Notes: generated from the sequence alone by a model not told the origin. DNA of 64,000 nucleotides from Gammaproteobacteria bacterium (GCA_050298595.1 JBNKUM010000024.1:32001-96000), one strand, 5' to 3'; counted from the first letter of the stretch, positions 9,822-21,528 are shown. A program made the numbers and translations.

Positions 9822-10991
9822 ATGTATAACCTTAACAAGCGACTGTTACTACATGGACTGTTCATTTTCGCCGGTTTAATACTGCTAAATGGCTGTTCCG
9901 CAACTAAAGAACCATACTCAGTAGTAGAGGAAACAGCGGTTGAACCAACTGAAATTACAGTTAAGGCCGACCTTACTCCACCTGCTCCTCGCGAAACAAT
10001 CGTATACGAACCTGAACATCCACAAACGTATATTGTACAAAAAGGTGACACATTATGGGATATTTCATCTCACTTTTTACGCGACCCCTGGTACTGGCCA
10101 GAAATCTGGTATAAAAACCCGCAGGTGGATAACCCTCACCTGATATATCCCGGAGATGAACTGGCTATAGTTTATATTGGCGGTGAAAAGCGAATTCAGT
10201 TATCTCGCCGCGGGGATACAGGCCTGGCAGCCGGCGGGCTTAAAATTGTAAAACTCTCACCTCGCATACGCGCCCAGTCTATCGATGCAAGTATTCCTTC
10301 GATTCCTATGGAATCCATTCGACAGTTACTGGAAAAACCCTTGATCATTGATGAAGAAGATCTCGCAAAATCTGCCTATGTTCTCGACAGTCGAGATAAT
10401 CACCTCGCCAACGCAATGAATGACACCTTGTATGTACGTAACCTTGATACTTCAGTAGGCAATGGCCGCTACCAGATTTTTCGCCCGCATAAACCGCTGG
10501 TAGATACCGTATCTGGAGAAGTGCTGGGATACGAAGCTCTGTATGTTGCTGAAGGCAAGCTTGAAAAAGGTGGAGACCCAGCTTCAGTCAGAGTAACTTC
10601 GTCAACTCTGGAAATTCTACGTGACGATCGCTTACTGCCTATCGACAATACCACATTGGAAAGAGACTTTTTCCCCCGCCCCCCCAAAGATCAGGTAGAA
10701 GGTCGCATTATTTCGTTGCTGGATGCAATCTCGCAGGTTGGTCTATATCAGACCGTAGTGGTTAACCTTGGGCTACGTGACAATATTTCAGTAGGTAACA
10801 TTCTCGAAATTAAGAAACAGGGAAAAATCGTTATCGATCATAATGAAGAAGAGAAAAACTTCGCAGTGAAACTACCGGATGAGCGCAATGGGCTGGTAAT
10901 GATAATCAGAACCTATGAGAAAATGAGCTTCGGGCTTATCATGCAGGCAGAATCACCCATCCATTTAAACGACCTGGTGAAAACACCTTAG
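9822..10991 (+). CDS. LysM peptidoglycan-binding lipoprotein, TsaP-like (type IV pilus secretin-associated)
   Basis: Lipobox LLNGC; LysM YIVQKGDTLWDIS...NPHLIYPGD; same def-LysM-dprA synteny as Pseudomonas tsaP. Confidence 0.8.
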   Translation: MYNLNKRLLLHGLFIFAGLILLNGCSATKEPYSVVEETAVEPTEITVKADLTPPAPRETIVYEPEHPQTYIVQKGDTLWDISSHFLRDPWYWPEIWYKNPQVDNPHLIYPGDELAIVYIGGEKRIQLSRRGDTGLAAGGLKIVKLSPRIRAQSIDASIPSIPMESIRQLLEKPLIIDEEDLAKSAYVLDSRDNHLANAMNDTLYVRNLDTSVGNGRYQIFRPHKPLVDTVSGEVLGYEALYVAEGKLEKGGDPASVRVTSSTLEILRDDRLLPIDNTTLERDFFPRPPKDQVEGRIISLLDAISQVGLYQTVVVNLGLRDNISVGNILEIKKQGKIVIDHNEEEKNFAVKLPDERNGLVMIIRTYEKMSFGLIMQAESPIHLNDLVKTP

Positions 10992-11006
10992 GATAGAATC
11001 CAGAAC

Positions 11007-12113
11007 ATGGCCAGGGATAACCTGGCCTATTGCCTGGCACTTAACCTGTGCCCAGGCATTGGGCCTGCCAATTTTCGCCGACTTACCTTAGATAGCAGTC
11101 TCACCATTAACGAGCTGTTTCACCTTTCAAGTAGTCAACTTTCCGAATTAAACCTTAAACAGCCTCAAATCGAATATATGGCCAACCCTGACTGGGCCAG
11201 CATAGATCTCACTCTGGAGTGGCTTGCCGAGGACTCATCTCATCATATCGTTTCCATAATCGATCCCGCATACCCTGAACTATTAAAAGACATTAGTGAC
11301 GCTCCTCCTATCCTGTATGGCATTGGCAATATTGAGCTTTTGCAATCTCCTCAGATTGCCATAGTAGGCAGTCGCAATTGCACTCCCGGAGGAGCTGAAA
11401 CTGCTAAAGACTTTTCGAGGTATTTAAGCAATGCTGGTCTGACCATTACCAGCGGAATGGCTCTTGGCATTGACCAGCATGCTCATCAGGCTGCACTGGA
11501 TAACGGTGGCCACACTATCGCAGTTATCGGCACAGGGATAGATAGAATCTACCCCTCGAAAAACAAACTCCTGGCTTATGAGATTGCTGAAAAAGGCTTA
11601 ATTGTTTCAGAATTCACATTAGGCACTCCGCCCGTTAACAGTAACTTCCCCAAAAGAAACCGCATAATCAGTGGGCTTAGCCTGGCAACTCTGGTGGTAG
11701 AAGCCACTCGCAAAAGCGGCTCTCTCATTACTGCACGCCATGGAATTGAACAGGGACGAGAGGTATTCGCTATCCCGGGCTCTATTCACAACCCACAAAG
11801 CAAAGGATGTCATCATTTGATACGTCAGGGTGCAAAACTGGTTGACCAGGCCTCCGATATTATCGATGATATAGGGAGCCTGTTGGGTTTTATCGCCGAA
11901 CAAACTGAAACTCATACAGATTCTCAAACTAATTCATTTCTCGATAGCGAGTATCAGGCACTACTGGATGCTATGGGTTATGATCCAGTATCAATAGACA
12001 TTTTGGTAAATCGCAGTGGCTTGACCATTGAGCAGCTTTCCTCCATGCTGTTAATACTAGAGTTAAACGATCAAATTAAAACCGCACCCGGTGGACTTTT
12101 TGTCAGGTGCTAG
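11007..12113 (+). CDS. dprA: DNA-processing protein DprA (Smf)
   Basis: IAIVGSR, SGMALGID, FPKRNRIISGLS, SGSLITA, GREVFAIPG. Confidence 0.96.
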   Translation: MARDNLAYCLALNLCPGIGPANFRRLTLDSSLTINELFHLSSSQLSELNLKQPQIEYMANPDWASIDLTLEWLAEDSSHHIVSIIDPAYPELLKDISDAPPILYGIGNIELLQSPQIAIVGSRNCTPGGAETAKDFSRYLSNAGLTITSGMALGIDQHAHQAALDNGGHTIAVIGTGIDRIYPSKNKLLAYEIAEKGLIVSEFTLGTPPVNSNFPKRNRIISGLSLATLVVEATRKSGSLITARHGIEQGREVFAIPGSIHNPQSKGCHHLIRQGAKLVDQASDIIDDIGSLLGFIAEQTETHTDSQTNSFLDSEYQALLDAMGYDPVSIDILVNRSGLTIEQLSSMLLILELNDQIKTAPGGLFVRC

Positions 12114-12125
12114 ACAGGGGTATAC

Positions 12126-12608
12126 ATGAAAGAAGGTGTTATAGACGTACTGATGTACATTTTTTCCAGCTATGCAGATAGTGATGACACCCTCCCAGAA
12201 GACCGTGAAAGCATTGATGCCGATTTACGTGAAGCGGGTTTTGAATCCAACGAAATAGATAAAGCTTTTGACTGGCTAGATGGCCTGGCGCTGGCTGGTG
12301 ATATCCCCAGCATTAAGCAATCTTCAAATGCCAGCCGTATATATTCGTCCTCAGAAAAGTTGCGCATGGATACGAAGATTCAGGGTTTTCTCTATTTTCT
12401 GGAACAATCAGGTGTACTAACCCCTGAGCTCAGAGAATTAGTCATCAATCGAATCATGGCATTGGACGGTATCGCTCCAGTAGATATGGAAGAGTTTAAA
12501 TGGGTAGTCATGATGGTATTGTTCAATAATGCTATTGATCAGGACGAAAACACTCTGATGCATTACGAAGATATCGTATTTGCCGATCAGCCAGCAATTT
12601 TTCACTAA
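12126..12608 (+). CDS. smg: Smg (DUF494) protein
   Basis: DVLMYIF, AGF...EIDKAFDWL, RELVI, KWVVMMVLFN; between dprA and topA. Confidence 0.9.
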   Translation: MKEGVIDVLMYIFSSYADSDDTLPEDRESIDADLREAGFESNEIDKAFDWLDGLALAGDIPSIKQSSNASRIYSSSEKLRMDTKIQGFLYFLEQSGVLTPELRELVINRIMALDGIAPVDMEEFKWVVMMVLFNNAIDQDENTLMHYEDIVFADQPAIFH

Positions 12609-12627
12609 ATAAAAAACAATCCAGCCT

Positions 12628-15075
12628 ATGAGTAGCAACCTCGTTATAGTTGAGTCGCCTGCTAAAGCCAAAACTATTGAAAAATATCTAGGTAAGGACT
12701 TTAAAGTTCTTGCCTCCTATGGCCATGTACGCGATTTGATCCCCAAAGAAGGGGCCGTAGAGACCGACAACAACTTTAAAATGAATTACGAAGTCGTAGA
12801 GCGGAACGAAAAGCATCTAAAAAATATCGCGAAGGAATTAAAGATTGCCGATACACTTTACCTGGCAACGGATCCGGATCGCGAGGGAGAAGCCATATCC
12901 TGGCACCTGTATCAATTACTGCAAGACCGTAATTTGATGAAAAATAAAAATGCTTACAGAGTAGTATTTTATGAAATTACCAAGCAGGCCGTCACCGAAG
13001 CAGTAGCCAACCCACATGAAATCACTATGGATCTTGTCAATGCCCAGCAGGCCAGGCGTGCTCTGGACTATCTGGTAGGCTTCAATCTGTCACCTTTGTT
13101 ATGGCGTAAAATTCGACGTGGCTTATCTGCTGGCCGAGTACAAAGTCCGGCACTCAGAATGATTGTAGAACGAGAACTGGAAATTGAAGCATTTAATCCA
13201 GAAGAATACTGGAGCATTGAATCTGATAATGTGTTCGAGAAACAGAATTTTATCGCTCGACTCACCCAGTATCAGGGAGAGAAAGTAAAACAGTTCAGCA
13301 TCACTAATGCGGAGCAGGCTGAACAGGCTCATGCTATTTTAAACCAGGCTGCCAACGGAACTTTAATCGTTTCCAACGTTGAAAAGAAACAGCGCAAACG
13401 CCATCCAGCAGCACCATTTACTACCTCAACCCTGCAACAGGAGGCTTCTCGAAAACTGGGATTTGGTGCACAGCGCACCATGCGTACCGCCCAGCGCCTG
13501 TACGAAGGTATAGATATAGGATCAGGTCAAACAGGTTTGATTTCCTACATGCGTACTGACTCTGTATCTCTGTCTAGCGAGGCAGTGGAAGATATCCGTA
13601 CCCTCGTCGCCAAAAAATATGGAACCGAACTGCTGCCTGAAAAGCCACGAGAGTTTAAGACTAAATCCAAGAATGCACAGGAAGCTCACGAAGCGATTCG
13701 TCCAACCAGTGCAATGAATACACCAGAGCAAATCAAGTCCTTCCTCAGTCAGGATGAATACAGGCTGTATGAGTTGATCTGGAAGCGTAGTATTGCCTGC
13801 CAGATGATTCACGCCACTATGGATACTGTAGCGGTAGACCTGGCCGCCGACAGTAAAAACACATTCCGTGCTAATGGCTCTACCATCAGAAATCCGGGCT
13901 TTATGCTGGTATATACCGAAAGCCAGGATGACGACAAGAAAGACGAACAGAAAGAAAACATCCTGCCTCCTCTACAAAAGGGGGATCAGGTAACCCTGAA
14001 GGAAATACGTCTGGAACAGCATTTCACCGAACCGCCACCGCGTTTTAGTGAAGCCAGTCTGGTAAAAACCCTGGAAGAATACGGTATAGGTAGACCTTCA
14101 ACCTATGCATCGATAATTACCACCCTGCTCGACCGCGATTATGTCGAACTTGAAAGCAAGCGATTCCATCCTACCGATGTGGGTCGCGTGGTAAATAAAT
14201 TTCTTACCCAACACTTTACACGCTATGTAGATTACGACTTTACCGCAAAGCTTGAAGATACTCTGGATGAGATATCACGTGGAGAAAGCGAATGGCTGCC
14301 ATTAATGCAGAACTTCTGGACATCGTTTAAAGAACTTGTTGATGAAAAAATGGAGACTGTAAGCCGCGACGAAGCTCTACAGTCGCGTGAGCTGGGGACC
14401 GACCCTGATACAGGGAAGCCGGTTTCAGTTCGCATGGGTCGCTATGGCCCATTTGTTCAGATTGGTACGCGTGAGGACGAAGATAAACCCCGCTTTGCCG
14501 GTCTAAGTCCTGGGCAAAAAATGGATCGTATCACCATGGATGAAGCCATGCAGCTGTTCAAGCTGCCACGCGAACTGGGTGAAACCGAAGAAGGCGAACC
14601 CGTATCTACCAATATCGGCCGCTTTGGGCCCTATGTTAAATTTGGTAGCAAATACGCATCACTAAAAACCAAGGAAGGCGATGACCCTTATACGCTCACA
14701 CTTGAGCGCGCGCTTGAACTTGTTCGTGAGAAAAAAGAATTTGAAGCCAATCGAGAAATAAAAACTTTTGAAGGCACTGAGATAAAAATTCTTCGAGGCA
14801 GGTATGGTCCTTACATCACCGACGGGATTAAGAATGCAAGAATCCCCAAAGATATCGAAGATCCTGAAACACTTGATCTTGCTACTTGTCAGGAATTGAT
14901 CGAGAAGGCACCTTTACCCAAATCAAAACGTAAGAAAGCGGCGACCAAAAAGAAGGCTGCCGTCAAAAAAGCGGCTACTAAAAAGAAGGCTGCAGTTAAG
15001 AAAAAGGCAGCCCCTAAAAAGAAAGCCAGCAAGAAGAAAGCTGCCGTTAAAAAAGCAGTCAAAGCTACCGCTTGA
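12628..15075 (+). CDS. topA: DNA topoisomerase I with C-terminal repeats and Lys/Ala-rich tail
   Basis: IVESPAKAKTI, ATDPDREGEAI, SAGRVQSPAL, YMRTDS; three GRYGP/GRFGP repeats; no zinc-ribbon cysteines. Confidence 0.96.
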   Translation: MSSNLVIVESPAKAKTIEKYLGKDFKVLASYGHVRDLIPKEGAVETDNNFKMNYEVVERNEKHLKNIAKELKIADTLYLATDPDREGEAISWHLYQLLQDRNLMKNKNAYRVVFYEITKQAVTEAVANPHEITMDLVNAQQARRALDYLVGFNLSPLLWRKIRRGLSAGRVQSPALRMIVERELEIEAFNPEEYWSIESDNVFEKQNFIARLTQYQGEKVKQFSITNAEQAEQAHAILNQAANGTLIVSNVEKKQRKRHPAAPFTTSTLQQEASRKLGFGAQRTMRTAQRLYEGIDIGSGQTGLISYMRTDSVSLSSEAVEDIRTLVAKKYGTELLPEKPREFKTKSKNAQEAHEAIRPTSAMNTPEQIKSFLSQDEYRLYELIWKRSIACQMIHATMDTVAVDLAADSKNTFRANGSTIRNPGFMLVYTESQDDDKKDEQKENILPPLQKGDQVTLKEIRLEQHFTEPPPRFSEASLVKTLEEYGIGRPSTYASIITTLLDRDYVELESKRFHPTDVGRVVNKFLTQHFTRYVDYDFTAKLEDTLDEISRGESEWLPLMQNFWTSFKELVDEKMETVSRDEALQSRELGTDPDTGKPVSVRMGRYGPFVQIGTREDEDKPRFAGLSPGQKMDRITMDEAMQLFKLPRELGETEEGEPVSTNIGRFGPYVKFGSKYASLKTKEGDDPYTLTLERALELVREKKEFEANREIKTFEGTEIKILRGRYGPYITDGIKNARIPKDIEDPETLDLATCQELIEKAPLPKSKRKKAATKKKAAVKKAATKKKAAVKKKAAPKKKASKKKAAVKKAVKATA
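14930..15072 (+). repeat. Low-complexity AAxKK(K) coding repeat in the TopA tail
   Basis: KKAATKKKAAVKKAATKKKAAVKKKAAPKKKASKKKAAVKKAVK. Confidence 0.85.
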
Positions 15076-15076
15076 T

Positions 15077-15634
15077 GTGTCACCCTGGTTACTTAATAAA
15101 TATGCTTTAAATATTAAAAAGGGTGCCGTGTTTGCCTACCCCACTGATACTATCTGGGGGTTAGGATGTCACCCTGAAAACCATCAGGCAGTCGAGCGAA
15201 TTTTAAGCATTAAAAATCGACCCTTTGATAAGGGCATGATTTTATTATCAAACAACATTGACTACTGCCAGCATTTTATTGATCAGGAATATTTTCAACA
15301 GCATTATCAACAAATTTCCAGCCCTGAAAGTTCAGCTACAACCTGGTTGCTTCCAGCCAGTCCATTTTGCCCTGTATGGTTAACCGGCAATAACAGAACT
15401 GTTGCCGTTAGACTGACCGCTTTACCCCACATCCAGATCCTGTGCGACCGATTGGCTCTACCCCTTATTAGCACTAGTGCAAATATTTCAGGCCATAAGC
15501 CATCCACAAATGCGTTACAGATCCATAGACATTTTGCTAACAGTGTCGACTTTATCATCGGTGGAATCAGCAGTGGATCAGCACGCCCCAGTCGCATTAT
15601 TGATAAACGATCTGGGGAAATAATTCGCCCCTAG
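15077..15634 (+). CDS. tsaC: L-threonylcarbamoyladenylate synthase (YrdC/Sua5 family)
   Basis: AYPTDTIWGLGC, IKNRP..KG, STSANISG. Confidence 0.9.
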   Translation: MSPWLLNKYALNIKKGAVFAYPTDTIWGLGCHPENHQAVERILSIKNRPFDKGMILLSNNIDYCQHFIDQEYFQQHYQQISSPESSATTWLLPASPFCPVWLTGNNRTVAVRLTALPHIQILCDRLALPLISTSANISGHKPSTNALQIHRHFANSVDFIIGGISSGSARPSRIIDKRSGEIIRP

Positions 15635-17006
<1,372 letters not shown>

Positions 17007-17016
17007 CCAGCCAGCG

Positions 17017-17616
17017 TTAGCCTGCCTCTAACAGCTTGATTAAATCATCAGCCATAACCTTTGGGTCCTCTTCATGTGGTTCATAAAATTGAACCACTCC
17101 ACGCTGATCGATAAAATAAATGACTGAGCTGTGATCAATGACATAGCCCATCGCAGAATTTTCTAGCGCCTTCTTTTCATAGATGACATTGTACTGGCGC
17201 GCTATTTTGTCGATATGTTCCTTATTATCTGCTGTAAGTCCGACATATCCGGGGTTAAAGCCCTTCACAAAGATGTCCAGGGCTCTGGGAGAATCTCGCT
17301 CGAAATCCAGCGAGACAAATATTCCCTGTACCTGAGCGGCCTGTTCCGGTGTTAGTAATTTTATGGCTTCTGTAAGTCCATACAGAGAGGTCGGACAGAT
17401 ATCAGGGCAGGACATATAGCCAAAATAGAGGGCAACCACCTTTCCTTTATAGTCACTTAGAGAAACCGGACCGTTTACTGATTGCAAGGTGAAATCGCCG
17501 CCTGCTCCGGGTATCAGGTCACTACCCTGACGAATCATGTATTGTTGAGCCAGTAATATGCCTGTAAAAAAACACACGGCAATTACCCAAAAATAAAGTG
17601 ACTTCTGATTCTTCAT
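17017..17616 (-). CDS. SCO1/SenC copper chaperone
   Basis: N-terminal TM; FGYMSCPDICP (CxxxC); DHSS His ligand. Confidence 0.92.
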   Translation of the reverse strand: MKNQKSLYFWVIAVCFFTGILLAQQYMIRQGSDLIPGAGGDFTLQSVNGPVSLSDYKGKVVALYFGYMSCPDICPTSLYGLTEAIKLLTPEQAAQVQGIFVSLDFERDSPRALDIFVKGFNPGYVGLTADNKEHIDKIARQYNVIYEKKALENSAMGYVIDHSSVIYFIDQRGVVQFYEPHEEDPKVMADDLIKLLEAG

Positions 17617-17650
17617 ATCAATTAATTATTAGTCTGAGCATGGCGCATCA

Positions 17651-18085
17651 TTACCGCTTCATGATAGATCTGGCAACTGGAGCCGTTACCGACTTTTTAC
17701 TACCATCTGAAAACTCAAGGATAACCTCGACTGTGCTATCAAGGTTCAGATCTCTATTCAGACCAATAAACATAACATGCATACCACCGGGTTTAAGCAT
17801 AACCTTTCGCCCCGCTGGCAGGTCGATTTTATCAATCCTTCGCATACGCATAACTCCATTGTCATTCACATGGGTATGCAGTTCAACGATTTTAGCGGCA
17901 TCCGTGCTTGCGCTTACTAATGCCGCATCACTACCATGATTAACAATTTGCATATACAAAATTGAGTTGAGCTGATCCTTTAACGCAGGCCGTGCATAGG
18001 CACCTTCAATCATAATATCATTCGACACATCAGCCATCACGTATTGACTAAAAATCAGGAGAGCAAGGAGGTAAAACTTTTTCAT
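17651..18085 (-). CDS. PCu(A)C periplasmic copper chaperone
   Basis: Signal peptide; ELHTH...MRM...LKPGGMHVM. Confidence 0.92.
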   Translation of the reverse strand: MKKFYLLALLIFSQYVMADVSNDIMIEGAYARPALKDQLNSILYMQIVNHGSDAALVSASTDAAKIVELHTHVNDNGVMRMRRIDKIDLPAGRKVMLKPGGMHVMFIGLNRDLNLDSTVEVILEFSDGSKKSVTAPVARSIMKR

Positions 18086-18188
18086 TCAAGTTCACTATTT
18101 TAAAAATGGAATGGATGTTACCTAAAAGGCCGTGAGCGCGGTAGCGACAATTTGACGCACCCCTGATGCCATCTTGATGACACTAGCT

Positions 18189-18208
18189 TAGGGCCTGTTA
18201 ACACTAAT
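18189..18208. repeat. Possible MITE/IS terminal-repeat remnant
   Basis: TAGGGCCTGTTAACACTAAT abuts the MMPL stop codon. A near copy, TAGGGGCCTGTAACACT, is intergenic at 49387-49403. Confidence 0.35.
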
Positions 18209-21200
18209 CTATGCCAATATAGCCCTGATGTTTTTCGGATTCTCTTTAAGTAACCGCAACTGTCTCTTAAGACGGTCCAGCACCAGGGTTGAATGCTCAC
18301 CCACTTTTACCTGAGTAACCGAGGCGGTCAGGTCTAACTGTATCCCCTGCCCCATATCAGCAGACTGAATATCCTTCTGGACAGCATTTACCAGGGTTAA
18401 CGCTGTATCACCATCCGAGCCTGGCAATACCAGCATAAAACCACACTCATCCCAACGAGCAAGTATATCGAGACCGCTTAGATGCGAGTTGATAATTTGC
18501 GAAATAGAAAATATCACATTATCGTGCAACTGATTAGTTAACTGATTTTGCATTGGCTTGATATCTATATCCAGCAATATCAATGATAATGGCTCTGACT
18601 GATAACGACTGCGTTTAAGCTCATGTTGCATAAGCTCACACAGATAAGATTTTGTGAGCGCCCCCGTTAGCTCGTCTCGTGACTTATCAGTATACTCAGT
18701 CAAATCAACGATACGTTTACTCATCACTTCGGATAGATTGCGGTACAGCCGCATGGAAATGCGTGGATGGAAAAATCCCAGTTGACGAATGCCACTCCAT
18801 TTCATTTCTAGCGCTCTCACCGTCTCCTGAGCGGTCACCCTCGACATGCGGTCACGCCTGGATAACTCCGCAACTTCGCCAAATAAATCCCCCGCTTTCA
18901 GATACCCCAGAGTGTGTATAGAACCATCGGAGTCACGATGCGTGGCCTTGGCAGAACCTTCCAGCAGTACAAAAAAGGTTTCCCCCTGAACGCCCTGCTC
19001 AACAATCACGTCTCCACTATTAAACTCACGTATTGATCCGGAAAGGATCGCACGCTTGATCTGAAAGCTTTTTAGCCCCTTAAAAATCGAACTTTTTTTC
19101 AGCACATCATCCTTTAGGTTTAGCGAGAGCATATCCCATACCGAAACTAGTCGAATAAACGATAGCAGTATAGGGGTCAGTACAAAGGTTGAAAACATGG
19201 CCAGCACCATCACCAGCGCGCTTAAGGCGCCAAAGTAAACCACCGGTTGAAAGCTCGATAACATCAGGGTTGAAAATCCAAGCGCAAGCGCAACTGAAGT
19301 GGTTCCGATTGGCGTTGCTTCATGCAGGATAGTTTTTTTGAGCGCCTTTTCGACGTCATCTGTGCCTCGTGTAAAAAAGTGATAACGACTGAGAAAATGG
19401 ATGGTATCGTCTACGCAGATGCCCAGTGCAATCACTGCCACCATCGTGGTACCCGAATCCAGCGGAATATGGTAATACCCCATCACACCAAACAGCACTA
19501 CCACAGGGAATACATTAGGTATCAACGCAATAAACCCGGCCCGAAAATCAATAAACAGTATGGAAACGAGCAGTAATATAACCACTAACATGAGTAGCAA
19601 AGATTGTATCTGTCCCCAGGCCATAGCATCTGCAGCCTTGTTATTTAATACTGAATCTCCAGTCAGGATCACCTGCATGCGCGACTTCAGATCATGCTTG
19701 ATATAATTCTCTATCTCGCTAAATGCCTTTTTCAAGGTCTCTGAATTACCCTGATTATGACGCACCAGAATACGGGTGCTACTATAATCCGAGTTCACAT
19801 ACGCACTCACCGCATCGAACTGAATGAACTCCATATAAACCTGAACAACCTCATCCTCCAGAGGTAGCTGAGGCTGACTGGTACCATCCATGGCCCTGTT
19901 AGTCAGCTTCACGAAATCAGCAAAAGAAAAACTTTTATCAAACACGCCCTGTTGATCGATAAATTGCTGTATCTTTTCCACCTCTTCCAGGTACCTGACT
20001 TTTTTAAAGGTGCCTTCTATGCCTGAATCCAGAATGATAGAAAAGGTCTGCATGCCTGATAAATCCTGATGGATTTGTGCAGCCCGCTGACGCACTTCGG
20101 AATGCTCATTAAAATAGGCCAGAGGATCGTTATTAATCTCCAGAAACTGAGTACCCCAGGCGAAATAACCAGCCACTAGCATCAGTAGAAAAAGCATGGT
20201 TTTTTTAATTCGCATCACTATCGAAAAAATACCGCGCGCAATCAGCTGATACATATTCTGATCGATATTTATATGCGATATACCTCCACCAAATAAGCGC
20301 AGGTAAGCTGGAACAAACAGTATTGTAATCAGGAAGTTAATTACCAGACCCACAGTAACCAGCCAGCCAAATTCCCGCAATAACTCCAGATCACTGACCG
20401 TAATCGACAGGAAACCGGCTATGGTGGTCACAAATGCCAGTAAAATCGCCAGCGACTGGTTAACCGGTAGACGTCGTACCGCTTCATCGCGTGATAATCC
20501 GTCACGAATACCACTATGATACTCGGCCATTAAATGCACATCTTCGGTAGAACCAATAATGATCAGTAAGGCAGGGATTATGGAGGTCAATACATTCAGA
20601 GGAATCTCCATCCAGGCGATAAAAGATAAGGTCAGAACGATACTGATAGTCGCTGAAGATAACGGCACAATAGCACAGTTAACTCGCCCCATACTTAGGG
20701 CCAGCACTACAATTAATACAACCAGGGCTGCCGGCAACATCGTATGCAAATCTTGCTGAATCTGGCGGGAAATTTGATCTCTTACATAAGGCGAGCTCAT
20801 CTGAAAAACGCTATCAATTAGCGACTTCAGTGGTTCCAGCTCCGCCTCAATAGCCCGAGTTATTTCAGCATCACGCCCCGGTTGATCCAGCGCTTCTTCA
20901 ATAAACAGGTTTATAGCCATCGTCTGCTGGTCGCTGGAAATTAAATTCTTATGCACCAGGGTATTTGCTACGGCATCCTTTAATAGCTGCTGCATTTGTG
21001 GTGGGTTTTGCGGAAAGTCGAGAAGAAAAGGCTTGCTTTCCACATATCCATTCACCTCTTTAACGTTGGGCACATTGAATAATGAGCTGGCACTGGTAAC
21101 AAAGTCTAAGCGCTGTAATCGCTTAAGCATCTGCTTAATAGCTTTCAACTTTTCGACTTCAAACAGCTGTTTATCCGATAAAATCAGTATAACAACGGTA

Positions 21201-21391
21201 TCAGAGCCAAATTGCTTTAAGGAATCCTGATAAATTTGCCAGCTTGGATCTGATTTTGCTAACAGGCTTTGAGCCGAGATATCGAACTTTAAACTGGTTA
21301 GGACCGGAGCTACTGAGATGGTTAACGCGATCAATGCAAACAGCATAAGGCGCGGATAACGAAAAGCAACATCGAGCAACCATCTAACCAT
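18209..21391 (-). CDS. MMPL/RND-family transporter fused to cNMP-binding and degenerate GGDEF domains
   Basis: Two MMPL repeats (IIGSTEDVH; GICVDDTIHF), cNMP cassette GDLFGEVAELSRRDRMSRVTA, and C-terminal DELTGAL...LLDID...DILARWDECGF. Confidence 0.85.
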   Translation of the reverse strand: MVRWLLDVAFRYPRLMLFALIALTISVAPVLTSLKFDISAQSLLAKSDPSWQIYQDSLKQFGSDTVVILILSDKQLFEVEKLKAIKQMLKRLQRLDFVTSASSLFNVPNVKEVNGYVESKPFLLDFPQNPPQMQQLLKDAVANTLVHKNLISSDQQTMAINLFIEEALDQPGRDAEITRAIEAELEPLKSLIDSVFQMSSPYVRDQISRQIQQDLHTMLPAALVVLIVVLALSMGRVNCAIVPLSSATISIVLTLSFIAWMEIPLNVLTSIIPALLIIIGSTEDVHLMAEYHSGIRDGLSRDEAVRRLPVNQSLAILLAFVTTIAGFLSITVSDLELLREFGWLVTVGLVINFLITILFVPAYLRLFGGGISHINIDQNMYQLIARGIFSIVMRIKKTMLFLLMLVAGYFAWGTQFLEINNDPLAYFNEHSEVRQRAAQIHQDLSGMQTFSIILDSGIEGTFKKVRYLEEVEKIQQFIDQQGVFDKSFSFADFVKLTNRAMDGTSQPQLPLEDEVVQVYMEFIQFDAVSAYVNSDYSSTRILVRHNQGNSETLKKAFSEIENYIKHDLKSRMQVILTGDSVLNNKAADAMAWGQIQSLLLMLVVILLLVSILFIDFRAGFIALIPNVFPVVVLFGVMGYYHIPLDSGTTMVAVIALGICVDDTIHFLSRYHFFTRGTDDVEKALKKTILHEATPIGTTSVALALGFSTLMLSSFQPVVYFGALSALVMVLAMFSTFVLTPILLSFIRLVSVWDMLSLNLKDDVLKKSSIFKGLKSFQIKRAILSGSIREFNSGDVIVEQGVQGETFFVLLEGSAKATHRDSDGSIHTLGYLKAGDLFGEVAELSRRDRMSRVTAQETVRALEMKWSGIRQLGFFHPRISMRLYRNLSEVMSKRIVDLTEYTDKSRDELTGALTKSYLCELMQHELKRSRYQSEPLSLILLDIDIKPMQNQLTNQLHDNVIFSISQIINSHLSGLDILARWDECGFMLVLPGSDGDTALTLVNAVQKDIQSADMGQGIQLDLTASVTQVKVGEHSTLVLDRLKRQLRLLKENPKNIRAILA

Positions 21392-21430
21392 TTATTTAAA
21401 ACTCTTAGACACCAGTAAATAAGAATATGA

Positions 21431-21454
21431 AATGCCGACAGGATAGACGGCATT
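21431..21454 (-). terminator. Possible terminator downstream of the MarR gene
   Basis: AATGCCG...CGGCATT stem followed on the minus strand by TCATATTCTT. Confidence 0.4.
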
Positions 21455-21528
21455 AGTATATTAGCTTACATTAATATTTATTCGTAACTTTAAATAGCAA
21501 TCTTTATCTTTTAAGGCATTTATGGTCT

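Noticed and set aside
14889-15083. 64-aa hydrophobic antisense ORF (AAFFL repeats) that looks like a membrane peptide
   Set aside because: It is the reverse-strand shadow of the TopA AAxKK tail.
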